Source of the DNA: the human T2T-CHM13v2.0 reference genome, Homo sapiens
DNA: 64,000 nucleotides
NCBI RefSeq assembly: GCF_009914755.1
Contig: NC_060926.1
Direction: 5' to 3' (one strand)
Every line of letters begins with the position of its first letter. Positions within the stretch are counted from its first letter, which is position 1. Shown here in pieces: positions 26,345-40,446 of the stretch. Both the position numbers and the translations under genes were made by a program. The notes under the pieces are model-generated. The model did no database searches. It was not told the DNA's origin and worked only from the letters and a program-made list of their open reading frames with translations.

Positions 26345-29300
26345 AAGCAGCAGCCTTACCATATCGGAGAATAGGGAAGCCATAAGGCTATCTTTACTGG
26401 GCCGAATGAGGAGGTTCTTCTTCAAAACCACTCCCACAAAGAGTCACAAGATAGGCATTTCCCATGGCTCTCAGCCACATTGATGTCTGGAAATAAACTA
26501 CAGTGTGCATCTAAGCAGGCAGTTATGAGTGCTAGGACAGGAGTTTGAGAGGGAAGACATCACATTTCTGCCTAAGACGTGAAGCCAGTGCAGCCCCCTC
26601 GAACCTTACACACACCTCAGTAAATTTCACCAGGAGCTCCGCACAGCCACCCTTGTCAGGGTTGGCACCTACAGTCACCATTTGGGTTTTCATGGGCAAG
26701 CAAGGGGACCCAGCTCCACTCAGAAGTGTACCCCCACATCCATGAAACAGGTAGCTCAGGGCACTAGACACTCCATTGTCCAGTCCATCACCTAAAACAA
26801 CAGAGAGTACCTCATAGTAAACATAGTAAACAGAGAGCAACTCATAGTAAATAGTAGAAAACAAAGACCTCATGGTAAACTTGGCACTATGAGTAGCTCA
26901 TAGTGCCAAGTATATAAACATCTGCTTGTGTCACAGCTGGCTCTTACCCATAAGCATCAACTGCTGGCCTATAGGTTGAACCCCATAGCCCAAAATAAAA
27001 CCTGCCAACAGAATTGCATAGGAATATCGAGGCAGAGCCAAAAGATCCAAACTAACATACTCTACAGTCACACTCTCTGGAAATGGAGGAAAGGGAAAGA
27101 AAAAAATAAAGAAAAAAAGAAAAAAAATCCTACCCACATGAACATCCTTTGAAAAATTAGAAGTGGCAGCCTCTTAAGATGAGAAGGAGCTAGCATAAGA
27201 ATTCTGGCACCATGAACAATCTGAATGTTGTGACAACACCAAAGGATCATGTCAGCTCTCTAGTGTTGTACCCCAACAAAAATGGAAACTCAGAAATGAC
27301 AGACAAATAATTCAAAATATGGATTAAAAGGAAGCTCAGTGAGATCAAAGACAAGATTGAAAATCAATATTAAAAAACCACTAAAGCAATTTAAGAAATA
27401 AAGGAAGAAATAAATACCCATAGAAAAATCAATCAGAACTTTGGGAAATAAAACATTCACTTAAGGAATTTCAAAATAAAATTGAAAGCTTTATCAATAG
27501 ACTAAACCAAACAGAAGAAAGAATTTTAGAACTTGAAGGTTGTTTTTTCAAACTAATCCAGTCAGATAAAAATAAAGAAAAAAATTGTTTAATGAACAAA
27601 ACCTTCAAGGAACAAAGGATTAACCAAACCTATGAATTATTGGCATTCCTGAGAAAGATGAAAAAAAAACCTGGAAAACTTATTTGAGGGAATAATTTAA
27701 GAACATTTTCCTAATCTTGTTAAAGAGGTTGACATCCAGATATAAAAAATCCAGGGAATACTTGTGAGATACTATAAGATGAACGTCACCAAGGCATATA
27801 CTCACCAGACTACCCAAGGTCAATGCTAAAGAAAAAAATCTTAAGGCAGCTAAAGAAAAGGGTCAAATTACCTACAAAGGAAAACAAATCAGACTAAAAG
27901 CAGACTTCTAAACAAAAATTTTATAAGTCAGAAGATATTGGGGACGCACTTTTAGCCTCCTTAAAGGAAAAAAAAAGCCAGCCAAGAATTTTATATCCTG
28001 ACAATTTAAGCTTCATAAATTAAAGGAAATAAAGCCTTCCCCAGACAAGCAGTGACTGAGAAAATTTGTCAGTACTACACTGGTTCTACAAGAAATGAAA
28101 GAGTTCCAAACATGGAAACAAAAGGGTTATACTTACCATCAGAAAAGGACGCGTAAGTACTAAGCTCACAGATCCTATAAGGAATGACACAATCAAAACT
28201 CCAAAACAAATAGATAACAAAACTATGTTAGGAATAAAACCTCACAGATAAATTTTAACCTTCAATGTAAATGGCTTAAATACTCCACTTAAACGATACA
28301 CTGTGACATATTGGATTAAAAAGACCTAACCACTTGCTCTCTACAAGACACTCTCCTACTGGCTAAAGTCACATTCAGATACAAAGTAAAAGTGTGAAAA
28401 AAAAATAATGGAAAACAAAAGTGAGCAGGAATAGCCATTCTCCTATCAGATAAAATGGACTTTAAACTAACAATCGTACAAATAAAGACAAACAGGGGCC
28501 TTATATAATGACAAAGAATTCAATACAACAAGAAAATTTAACTATTCTAAATATATATGAACCCAATACTGGGGCACTCAGATTCACAAGAGAAATGTTA
28601 CTAAACCTAAGAAAACAGATTGATAGCCATATGATAATAGTGGGGGACTTCAACACTTCACTGATATCACTAGGCAGATCATCAAAGCAGAAAATCAGTA
28701 AAGGAATTCTGGAATTAAAATGGACTATAGACCAAATAGACTTAATAAACTTCTACAGGATATTTTACCTAACAACTATAGAATATAAATTTTTCTCATT
28801 TGCACAGGGGATATCCTCCAAAATCAACCATATGCCTGTTCATATGGCAAGTCTCAATAAATTCAAAAAAATATTATATCATGTATCTTCTTGGACCACA
28901 ATGGAATAAAATTAGAAATCAATACAAAGAGGAACTCCTAAAACTATATACATGCATGGAAACAACTAACTCCTGAATGACTTTTGGGTAAATAACAAAA
29001 TCAAGACAAAAATTAAAAAGATTATTTGAAATGAATGAAAATAGAGACTAAGATACCAAAACCTCTAGGATACAACAAAAGCAGTGCTAGGCAGAAAATG
29101 TACAGCATTAAATGCCTACATCAAAAAGATAGGTCTCAAATTACAAGCTAACATCATGGCTCAAGGAACTAGAAAAATAAAAGCAAACTGAACCCAAATC
29201 TAGCAGATGGAAATATAGATCAGAGCAAAACCAAATGAGATTGAGACCAAAAAATGACACAAAATGTCAGTGTAATAAAAGGTTGATGTTTTGAAAAGAT

Positions 29301-32265
29301 AAACAAAATTTCCAGACTGACAGTTAGACTAAGAAAAAATGAGAGACGATTGTAATAAGTACAGTCAGAAATGATAAAAATGACATCACAGGTTATATCA
29401 GAGAAATAGAAAAGATTGTCAGAGAATACTATTAATATCTCTATGAGGACCAACTAGAAAACCTAGAGGAAATGAAACCTTAAATATATCAATAATGAAT
29501 AATAAAATCAAATCATTAATTTAAAAATCTTCCAACAAAAAATCCCAGTATAAGATGAATTCACAGTGGAATTTGCACAGATGTGCATAGAAAAGCTGTT
29601 ACCTATCCTACTGAAACTATTCCAAAATATTGAGAAGGAATCCCTTCTAAACTCATTCTATGAATCCAGTATCACTCTGATACAAAATTAGCCAAGAACA
29701 CAACAAAAAAGGAAACTACAGATCAATATCCATTATGAACATAGATGCAAAAAAATTCAACAAAATACAAGCAAACCAAATTAAACAGCACATCCAAAAG
29801 ATAATTGACCATAATCAAGTAGGCTTTATTCCAGGGATGCAAGGATGGTTCAGCATATACAAATCAATGAGTATAATCCATCACCCGAACAGAATTAAGA
29901 ACAAAAACCTATGGTCATCTCAATAGATGCAGAAAAAGCATTACATAATATCCAACATCCCTTTTGTGATAAGAACCCTCAACAAATAGTCATAGTTAAA
30001 ACGTATCTTAAAATAATAGGAAACATATATGACAAACCCACAGCCAACATCATACTGAATGGGGAAAAGTGGACACCATTTTCTCTAAGAACTGGAAGAA
30101 AAGATAAGGATGTCCACTCTCACCACTACAAATCAACATAGTACTAGAAGTTCTAGCCAGAGCTCTCAGGCAAGAAAAATATATAAAAGACATTCGAACT
30201 GAAAAATATGAAAGTCAAATTATCTCTGTTTGCTGATGACATACCAAGAAAACCTTAAAGACTCCTCTAGAAGATTCTTAGACCTGATTATCGACTTTAC
30301 TAAAGTCTCTGATTCTGAATCAGTGTAGAAAAATTAGCGGCATTTCTAAACACTGATAACATTCAAGCTAGAATAAAATTAAGGATTCAATTTTATTTAC
30401 AATAGCCACAAAAAAATAAAACACCTAGGAATGCATTTTACCAATGAGGTGAAGGATAACTACAAGAATTACAAAATACAGATGAAAGAAATTGTAGATG
30501 ACAGAAATAAATGGAAATACATTTCATGATCATTAATTGGAAGAATCAATATTGTTAAAATGCCCACTGTGTCCAAAGCAGTCTACACATTTAATGTTAT
30601 TCCTATTAAACTACAAACATTATTTTTACAGAATTAAAAAAAATTCTAAAGTTCATGTGCAACATAAAGATTCCAAGTAGACAAAGCATTCTTATGCAAA
30701 AAGAACAAATCCTGAGGCATCATATTGCCTGACATCAAATTATACTACACGGCTATAGTAAAAAAAAATTCATGAATGATACTGATACAAAAAAAGACAC
30801 ATAGAGCAATAGAACTGAATAGAGATCACAGAAATAAAGCCCTATACTATACCCAACTGATATTCAATAAAGTCAATAAAAATAAACAATGTGGAATGGA
30901 TATCCAATTCAATAAATGGTACTGAGAAAACTGGCTAGCCATAATGCAGAAAACTGAAACTGGAACTCTGTCTCTCATGATATACAAAAATTAACTCGAG
31001 ATGAATTAAAGGCCGAAGTGTAAGACAAGAAGCTATGAAAAATCCTAGAGGAAAACCTAGGAAAAACTCTTCTGGACTTTAGTCTAGGCAAAAAATTAAT
31101 GATGAAGACTCCAAAAGCAAATGCCAAAAAAAAAAAAAGACAAATGGGATTTAATAAAAGTAAAAAGCTTCTGTGCATTAAAAGAAACAATGAACAGAAT
31201 AAACAGACAATCTACAGATTAAAAAAATTTACATATTATGCCTCTGAGAAAAAATCATTTCCAGAATCTGCAAAGAACTCAAACAACTCAACAAGAAATG
31301 AACAAACAGTCTCATTAAAAAGTGGACAAAGGAAAGGAACAGATATTTCTCCAAAGAAGAAATATAAGAAGCACATAAAAATCTTTCACCATTACTAATT
31401 ATCAGATAAATTCAAGTTAAAACCACACAGATATCATGATATACCCGACAGAATGACTTTTATTCAAAAGTCAAAAAACAATGGACATGCATGTAGAAAA
31501 ACAGGAATGTTCATACGCTGTTGGTGTGAATATAAATTAGTTCAACCTCGATGGAAAACATTATGTAAATATCTTAGAGAATTAAAAATAGAATTTTCTT
31601 TCTCTTTTTCTTTTATTTATTTATTTCTTCTTTAAAAAAAAAAGGAGGGGGATACATGTGTAGAACATGCAGGTTTGTTACATAGGTATATACCATGGGC
31701 CATGGCAGTTTGCTGCACCAGAGCTATCTTTTGACCCATCAATCCCACTACTGTGTGTCCACCTAGAGAGGAAAAAATCATTCTATTAAGAAGACCCCTG
31801 AACTGGTTTGTTTATTGTAGCACTATATACAATAGCAAAGCCATGGAAACAATCTAAGTGTTAACCAACAGTTTATTGGATAAAGAAAATATGGTACACC
31901 ATGAAATGCTACACAGCCATCAAAAAGAATAAAATCATATTTTTTGCAGCAACATTGTTGAAGGTGGAGGCCATTATCCTAAGTGAACTAAGACAGAAGA
32001 AGAAAATCAAATATCACATGCTCTCACTTATAAGTGAGAGCAAGGGATACATATGAACATAAAGATGAAAAAAATAGACTCTGGATACCCCAAAGGGAGA
32101 AGAGTTGGAAGGGGGTGAGGGTCGAAAAATTAACTACTAGGTACAATATTCAATATTTGGGTGATGAGCACACTAGAAGCCAAACCCCCACCATTATTCA
32201 TCTAGTGCCCATGTAACAAACAAGCACATGTACCCCCTAGATTTAAAATTTTTAAAAAATAGAAA
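26345..32265 (+). mobile_element. Near-full-length degenerate L1PB
   Basis: L1PBa-type 5' region; ORF1 remnants from ~27179; endonuclease ORF 28508-28909 (LTILNIYEPNTGA...IIVGDFNT); RT pieces ([20 protein letters not shown]); 3'UTR ending catgtaacaaacaagcacatgtaccccctag plus A tail. Confidence 0.9.
31594..31719 (-). mobile_element. Short antisense L1PA (L1PA7-like) 3' tip nested in L1PB
   Basis: T-rich tail then gggatacatgtgtagaacatgcaggtttgttacataggtata...tttgctgcacc; host aaaaatagaa...gctatcttttgaccc resumes. Confidence 0.85.
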
Positions 32266-33457
32266 ATCTACCAATAATGAGGAAGGAAATTGAATCAGTA
32301 ATACAAAGTCTCTCATCAAAGAAAAGGCCAGGATCAGGTACCTTCAGGGCTGAATTCTACAAATATTTAAAGAAGAATTAGTACCAATTTTGTTAGTCCA
32401 TTTTGTATTGTTATATCAAAACACCCAAGGCTGGGGAATTTATAATGAATAGAGGTTTATTTAGCTCTTTGTTCTCGAGGTTGTAAAAAAGCATGGCACT
32501 GGGATCTTCTTGCTTCTGGCAAGGGCTCTTGTGCTGCATCCAAATGCAGTGGAGAAGGTAAATGGGGAAGCAAGAATTTGTGAAGAGGGGGAAAATCCAT
32601 GGGACATCCTGCCTTTATAACAATTCACTCTCTCAGAGGAATCAATTTATTCTCCCAAGAACCTATCAAGTCTCACGAGAGCAAGAAGTCACACACTACT
32701 GTGAAAACAGCACCAGGCCATTGAAGAGGAATTTGCCTCCATGACCCAAACAATCTCCACTAAGTCCCACCTCCCAATACCATCAAACTAGGAATCAAAT
32801 TTTAACATGAGATTTGATGAGAACAAACTATACCCAAATCATAGTATCAAACCTTCTCAAACTCATCTCAAAATCTTAGAAATTGGTATAACTATTACTA
32901 TGATACCATATAATCATGTTATATATGCAGAAAGAGTATTTTTACAAAATCCAACATTCTTTCATGATGAAAACTCTCAACAAATTACATATAGAAAGAA
33001 TGTAGCTCAACACAATATATGACAAGCTCATAGCTGACACCATACTTAACGCTCTGAAGTTGAAAGTTTTTCTCCAAAACCAGGAGAAAGACAAAGATGC
33101 CTATTTGCATCACTTCTATTCAATTTAGTATTCAAATCTGAGCCAGAGTAATTAGGGAAAATAAAGGAATAAAAGGCATTGAAATTAGAAAAGAAGTAAA
33201 ATTGTCCCTGTTTACAAATAATATAAACTTATATTTAGAAAGCCTCATGTTTGCCTACAAAACTGTTCAAACTAATAGGGGAATTCAGTAAAGATGCAGA
33301 ATAAAAAATCAATAAACAAAATTAATAGCATTTCTATAAACTTAGCAATTAACATCTGAAATAAAACAACTAAGACAACAATGCTATTCAGAATAATTAC
33401 GAAAGTTATACGAAGTTAGGAATAAATGTAACCAAGGAGGTGAAAGAGCTGCATAAA
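32266..33457 (+). mobile_element. L1M ORF2 fragment, internally deleted and split by an MST LTR
   Basis: gaaattgaatcagtaatacaaagtctc...tgaattctac, later aaatccaacattctttcatgat...accaaggaggtgaaagag. Confidence 0.8.
32389..32846 (-). mobile_element. MST-family MaLR solo LTR
   Basis: gttagtccattttgtattgttata...agaggtttatttagctc...ccatgacccaaaca...cccacctcccaatac...caaatcatagta; host accaat|ccttctcaaact resumes. Confidence 0.85.
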
Positions 33458-33459
33458 AG

Positions 33460-36400
33460 GGGTTTTTCTTCAACTTGAGGAGAGGAGAGAGAAAAGGAAA
33501 GAGGACTTTGACTTACAAGTTGTATACCAGCTCAGCCACAGTAGGATAGGCATGAGGCAGAGTTGTGAGGCCACAGTTTTAGGCCCTAGCTCCTAGATGA
33601 CATTTCTAGATACACCCTGGGCAGGAAGAAAATCCCCTGTCTTGAAGGGAAGGACCCAGTCCTGGCAAGATTCATCACCTGCTGACTAAGGAGTCTTTGG
33701 GCCCTGAAAAATCAGCAGCAGTAACCAGGTGGTGCATGCCAGAGGCCTTGGTTGAGATTCTAAGATGTGCAGGCTTCAGTTATGACCTAGCACATTCACA
33801 GCTGTGGTGACAAAGGAGAGAGATGTGTTCTGATTCAGAAAAGCAGAGGGAAGAGTGAAAGAGACTTTATCTTACAGCTTAGGTACCAGCTCAGCTACAG
33901 TGGGGAAGAGATCCAAGTGGGCTCTTGGAGTTTCTGATTCCAGGCCTTGGCTCTTAGAAGGCATTTCTGGACCTACTGTGGGCCAGAAGGGAATTTATGG
34001 CTATGAAGGCTGAGTCTCAGGCCTGGAAGCATTCAACATGAGCTGACTAAAGAGTCCTTGGGCATTAAGTGAAATCGGTCATATCCTGGCACTAGTCAGC
34101 ATGGACCTTGGTTGTGGTGGACATGATGGAAAATGGAGAGGGAAGAGTGGCAAAGACTTTGTTTTGTGGTTTCTGTGTTAGCACAGCCACAGTAAAATAG
34201 GGCACTAGTACATTTCTAAGTTTTCACCTCCAGATCTGGCTCCTACACAGTAACTCTGGACTTACCTGAAGCCCACAGGAAATTGCTGCTCTACAGGCAA
34301 TTCACAAGCCTGTCTGGCTTTGCAACTTGCTGACTGTAGAGCCCTAGGGTCTTCAGTAAACATAGGCTGTAGCAAGATAGTGATTACAGTGGGCCTTGGG
34401 CAAGATTCAATGCTATGCTCACTTCATGGATGACCCAGCAAAATCCCAGTGGTGGTGGCCACAGGGGTGCTTGTGTCACTTCTCTCCCAGCACCAGGCAG
34501 TTTAGAACAAAGAAAGAGAGAAGCTCCATTTGCTTGGGAGAAAATAAGGAGAAAAAAGCAATAGTCTCTGCCTGGTAAACCAGATAATTCTTCTGAATAT
34601 TTTCCAAGACCACCAAGGTGGTACCTGTACAAGTCTGCAAGAATCACAGCACTACTGGGCTTGGAGGGGTCCCTAATGCAGATAGGGCAGCAATGACCAA
34701 AAACTTAGAACATCTGAGTCCTTTTGAAGACTTGGAAAGATGTCTTAGGAAGAATGCGTATAAAAAGCTCACACTGTGAAGACTACAATAAATACCTAAT
34801 CTTCAATTCCCAGACACGGATGAACATCCACAGGAATCAAGGCCACGTAGGAAAATGTGATCTCATCAAATGAACAAAATAAGGCATTAGGTCATTAGGT
34901 ACCAATCCTGGAGGGACAGAAATGTGTGACCTTTCAGATAGATAATACAAAACAGCTATTTTGAGAAAAGTCAAAGAAATTCAAGATAACACAAAGAAGG
35001 AATTCAGAATCCTATCAGATTAATTTGACAAAGAAATTAAAATAATGTAAAAGAATCAAGCATAAATTTTGGAGTTCAAAAATGCAATTGACATACTGAA
35101 GAATGCATCAGAGTCTCTTCATAGCAGAATTGATCAAGCAGAAGAAACTGATGAGCTTCAAGACAGGCTGTCTGGAAATACACAGTCAGAGAAAATAAAA
35201 GAAAAAATAATAAAAAAGAATGAAGCATGCCAACGAGATTTAGAAAATAGCCTCTAAAGGATGAATCTAAGTATTATAGGGTTTAACGAGAAGGTAGAGA
35301 GAGAGACAGGGCAGAAAGTTTATTCAAAATGATAATAACAGAGAACTTCCCAAAGCTAGAGAAAAATATTAACATTCAAGTGTAAGAAGGTTACAGAACA
35401 CCTAGCAGATTTAACCCAAAGAAGTTTATCTCAAGGCATTTAATAATAAAACTCCCAAAAGTCAAGGGTAAAGAAAGGTTCCTAACAGCAACATGATAAA
35501 AGAAAAATAACAATATACAATGGAGCTCCAATATGTCTGGCAGCAGACATTCTAGTGGAATCCTTACAGGCCAGGACAGAATGTCATAACATATTTAAAG
35601 TGCTTAAGGAAAAGAATTTTTCACCCAAGAAGAATATATCTGGTGAAAATATTCTTCAAACATGAAGGAGAAATAAAGACTTTCCCAGACAAACAAAATC
35701 TGAGGAATTTCATCAACACTATACCTGTCCTACAGGAAATGACCAAAGGAGTTGTTGAATCTGAGGGGAAAAAAAAAGGATATAAATGAGCAAGAAGAAG
35801 TTGTCTGAAAGTACAAGCTCACTTGTAAGCTTGTGAGCTTCAGGTTAGGGTTAGGGTTAGGGTCACGATTAGAGTTAGAAAAAACACACTGTAATTGTGG
35901 TGGGTAAACTACACATATCCTAAGTATAAACATGAAAATATAAACTGATAAAAATAATAACTACAGTAATTTTTAAGAGATAAACCATACAATTAGGTAT
36001 AAATATAAACAATAAAACATTAAAAAGTGGGGAGACAAAGTTAAAGTACAGAGTTTTTAATAGTTTTCTTTTGGCTTGTTAGTTTGTTTATACAATCAGT
36101 GTTAAATTTGTATCAGTTTAAAATAATGGGTTTAAGACATTCTTTGCAAGACTCATGGTCATCTCAAATCTAAAAATATACACAGTATACACAAAAAATA
36201 AGAAGTAGGAAATTAAAACACCCCACCAGAGAAAATCACCTTCATTATAGGGACAACAGAAAGGAAGGAAAGAAGAAAGAGAAGACCACTAAAAAGCAGA
36301 TAACAAATGACAACATTGCAGGAGTAAGTTCTTACTTATTGATAATAACATTGAATGTAAGTGGACTAAATGCTTCAATCAAAAGACAAAGTGGCTGAAA

Positions 36401-39400
36401 GGATGAAAAAACAAGACTATATGATCTCCTGCCTACAAGAAACACACATCACTTATACAGACACACATAGACTGAAAATAAAGAGATTAAAAAAGATATA
36501 CAATGCAAATGAAAACCAAAAAAAAAAGAACAGGAGTAGCTATAATTACATCAGATGTCATAGATTTCAACAGAAATAAAACTGCAAAAAACGATGACAA
36601 ATGTTATTATATAACGATAAAGGGGTCAATTCAGTGAGAGAATATAAAAATTATAAATATATATGCAACCAAAACTGGATCACCCAGATATATGAAGTAA
36701 TTTTATTAGAGCTAAAGAGAGAGATAGACCGCAATAGAATAAGACTTGGATAATTCAACATCCCTCTTTCAGCACTAAACAGATCATCCACACGGAAAAT
36801 CAACAAAGAAACATTAAACTTAATCTTTACTATAGACCAAATGGACCTAATAGATAGTTGAAGAACATTTTATTCAATGGCCAAGGAATGTATATTTTTC
36901 TTCTTAGCACATATGGTATCAAAGAAAGGCCATATGGTAGGCCAGAAAGCAAGCCTGAAAATTAAAAAAAAATTAAAACCATAATAAGTATCTTCTCTGA
37001 CCACAGTGGAACACAACAAGAGATCAATAACAACAGGAATTTTGGAAACTATAGAAAAAATTAAACAATGTGCTTTCAAATGACCAGTGGGTTAATGAAG
37101 CGATTAAGACAGAAATTGATAACAATTTTAAAAGAAATCATAATGGAAACATAACATACCAAAACTTAAGAGATATAACAAAAACAATATTAAGAGATAA
37201 TTTTACAGCAATATGGGCCTATGTGAACAAAGAGGAAAAGCTTCGAATAAACAACCTAATAATACATATTAAGAACTTGAACAGCAAGAGCAAATGAAAC
37301 CTAAAGTTAGTTGGAAAGAAATAATAAACATCAGAGCAAAAATTAATAAAATCAAAATGAAGAAAAAAATACAGATCAACAAAATGAAAACTGGGTTTTT
37401 GAAAATGTAAAGAAAATTGACAAACCTGTGGCCAGACTAAGAAAAGAAGAGCGACAACCCAAATAAATAAAATCAGAAAGAAGACACAACAGATCTGTAG
37501 AAATTCAAAGAGGATAATTCGATGCTACCATGAGCAACAATATGCTAGTAAATTTAAAAATTTAGAATAAACTCCTAGACACTTACAACCTACAAAGATT
37601 GAACTATGAAAAAATAAAAAACCTGAGCAGACCAATAACAAGTAATGAAATTGAAGCCATAATAAAAATCTCCCAGTAAAGAAAAGCCCAGGACCCCATG
37701 GCTTCATTGCTGAATTTTACCAAAGATTTTAACAGAATCAATACTAATCCTATTTAAATGATTCCAAAAGATAAAGGAGGAGAAAAATATTTCCAAACTC
37801 ATTTTACAAGAACAGTATTACCCTAAAAAAAACAGACAGGCACATCAATAAAAGAAAACTGCAGACTTATATCTTTGATGGATATTGATGCAAAAATCCT
37901 CAACAAAATATAAGCAAACCGAACTCAACAATACATTATAAGGATCATTCACCATGACCATCTGTGATTTATTCCAGACATGCAAAGATTGTTCAACATC
38001 TGCAAATTAATCAATGTAATATATCATATCAATAAAATAAGGGACAAAATCCATCTGATTATTTCAAAGGACACTGAAAAAGCATTTGACAAAATTCAAC
38101 ATCCTTTCATGATGAAAACCCTTGAAAACCCTTGAAAAACTTATAGAAGAAACATACCTCAAAATGATAAAACCATATATGTCAGACCCCCGCTAGTATC
38201 ATAATGAATGGGCAAAATTGAAAGTCTTTCTTCTAAGATTGGTAACATGACAAGAATGCTCACTTAAACCACTGTTATTCAACATAGTACCAGAAGTCCT
38301 AGCTAGAGCAATTAGACAAAAGAAAGAAATAAAAGATATATAAATTGGAAAGGAAGAAGCCAAATTATTCATTTGCAGATGATGTAATCTTATATTTGGA
38401 AAAACCTAAAGACATCACCAAATAAAGACTAGAACTGAGGAACAAATTCAGTAAAGTTGCAGGATAAAAAAATTAACATACAGAAATCAGTAGCATCTGT
38501 ACATACCAACGGCAAGCAATATGAAAAGGAAATCAAGAATATAATTCCATTTACAATAGCTACAAATAAAATTAAATACCTCTACAATGGAATTTTACAT
38601 CTTCAATGAAACTATACAAATAGAAAAGAAATTGAAGAGGATACAAAAAAATGGAAAGATAATCCGTGTTCGTGGGTTGAAAGAATCAATATTGTTTATA
38701 TGTCTATACTACCAAAAGCAATCTACAGATTCAATGCAATCCCTATCAAAATACCAATGATATTCTTCACAGCAATAAAAAAACTAACCTGAAATTTATA
38801 TGAAGCCGTAAAAGATTTAAAATTGCTAAAGTTACCCTCAGCAAAAAGAAGAAAAGTAGAGCAATCATGTTACTTGACTTCAAATTATACTAGAGAGCTA
38901 TAGTAACTAAAATTGTATGGTACTGACATAAAAACAGACACATAGACCAATGAAACAAAAAGAGAACCCAGAAACAAATTCATACAATTACACAGTAAAC
39001 TCATTTTTGACAAAGGTGCCAGGAACATACATTGGGGAAAGGATAGTCTCTTCGATGAATGGTGGTGGGAAAACTGGATATCCATATGCAAAATAATGAA
39101 ACTTGACCACTATCTCTTGCCATATACACAAATCAAATCAAAATGGACTAAAGACCTTCATCTGAGACCTCAAGCTATGAAACTACTACAAGAAAACTAT
39201 GGGAAACTCTCCAGGGTATGGTCTGGGCAAAAAAATCTTGAGTTGTACCCCACAATCAAGGACACACAATCAAAGCAAAAATGGATACATGGGATCACAT
39301 TATGTTAAAAAGCTTCTGCACTGCAAAGGAAACCATCAACAAAATGAACACAAAAACCCCAGAATGGGAGAAAATGCTTGCAAACTATCCATTTGACAAG

Positions 39401-40446
39401 AAATTAATAACCAGAATACATAAGGAACTCAAACAACTCTATAAGAAAAAAATATGATAATATGATTAATAAGTGGGCAAAAGATCGAAATAGACATTTC
39501 TCGAAAAAGACACACAAATAGCAAACAGGCCTATAAAGAGGTGCCCAACATCACTGATCATCAGGGAAATGCAAATGAAAACTACAATGAGATATCTAAC
39601 CCCAGTTAAAATGACTTTTATCCAACAATCAGACAATAACAAATGCTAGCAAGCATGTGGAGAAAAGGGCACCCTTACACACTGATGGTAGGAGTGTAAA
39701 TTAGTACAAACACTATAGAGAATAATTTGGAAGTTCCTCAAAAAACTAAAAATAGAGCTACTATATGATCCAGTAATCCCACTGCTAGATCAGTAGATTG
39801 AAGAGATACACTCTCATATTTATTGCAGCACCATTCACAATAGCCAAGATTTGGAAGCAATCTAAGTGTTCATCAACAGGTGAATGGATAAAGAAAATGT
39901 GGTACATATACACAATGAGTAGTATTTAGTCATAAAAAAGAATGATAGTCTATCATTTGCAACAAAATGGATAGAACTGGAGGTCATTATGTTAAGTGAA
40001 ATAAGCCCATCACAGAAAAACAAACTTCTCATGTTCTCACTTATTTGTGGAAGCTAAAAATTAAAACAATTGAACTAATAGAGATAGAGAGTAAAATGAT
40101 GGTTACCAGAGGCTGGGAAGGGTAGTGGGGCACTGGAGGGGAAGTGAAAGTAGTCAATGGGTACCAAAAAAAATAGTTAGAAAGAATGCATAATATTCAG
40201 TATTTGAGAATATAACAGGGTGACTATAGTCAATGGAAATGTAATTGTACATTTTAAAATAACTAAAAGTGTATAATTGGATTGTTTGTAACACAAAGGA
40301 TAAATGCTTGAGGTGATGAATACCTGATTTACCCTGATGTGATTATTACACATCATATGCCTGTATCAAAATATCCCATACACCCCATAAATATATACAC
40401 CTATTATGTACTCACAAACATTAAAAACAGAAAAATAAAAAATAAT
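33460..40446 (+). mobile_element. Near-full-length degenerate L1MA2/L1MA3
   Basis: 5'UTR with three diverged monomers (~33478, 33840, 34131); ORF1 remnants (ORF 35069-35257); ORF2 from ~36316; diagnostic 3'UTR gtataattggattgtttgtaacacaaaggataaatgcttgaggtgatg...atatatacacctattatgtac plus A tail. Confidence 0.92.
35839..35880 (+). repeat. Short interstitial telomeric sequence (TTAGGG)n
   Basis: In-register hexamers ttcagg ttaggg ttaggg ttaggg tcacga ttagag ttagaa. Confidence 0.8.

Noticed and set aside
28508-28909. 133 aa ORF with endonuclease motifs
   Set aside because: A fragment of L1 ORF2 in a dead L1PB, bounded by stops and frameshifts; not a gene.
33470-34420. Three diverged ~300-360 bp repeats
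   Set aside because: Expected monomer structure of the L1MA1-3 5'UTR; not novel.
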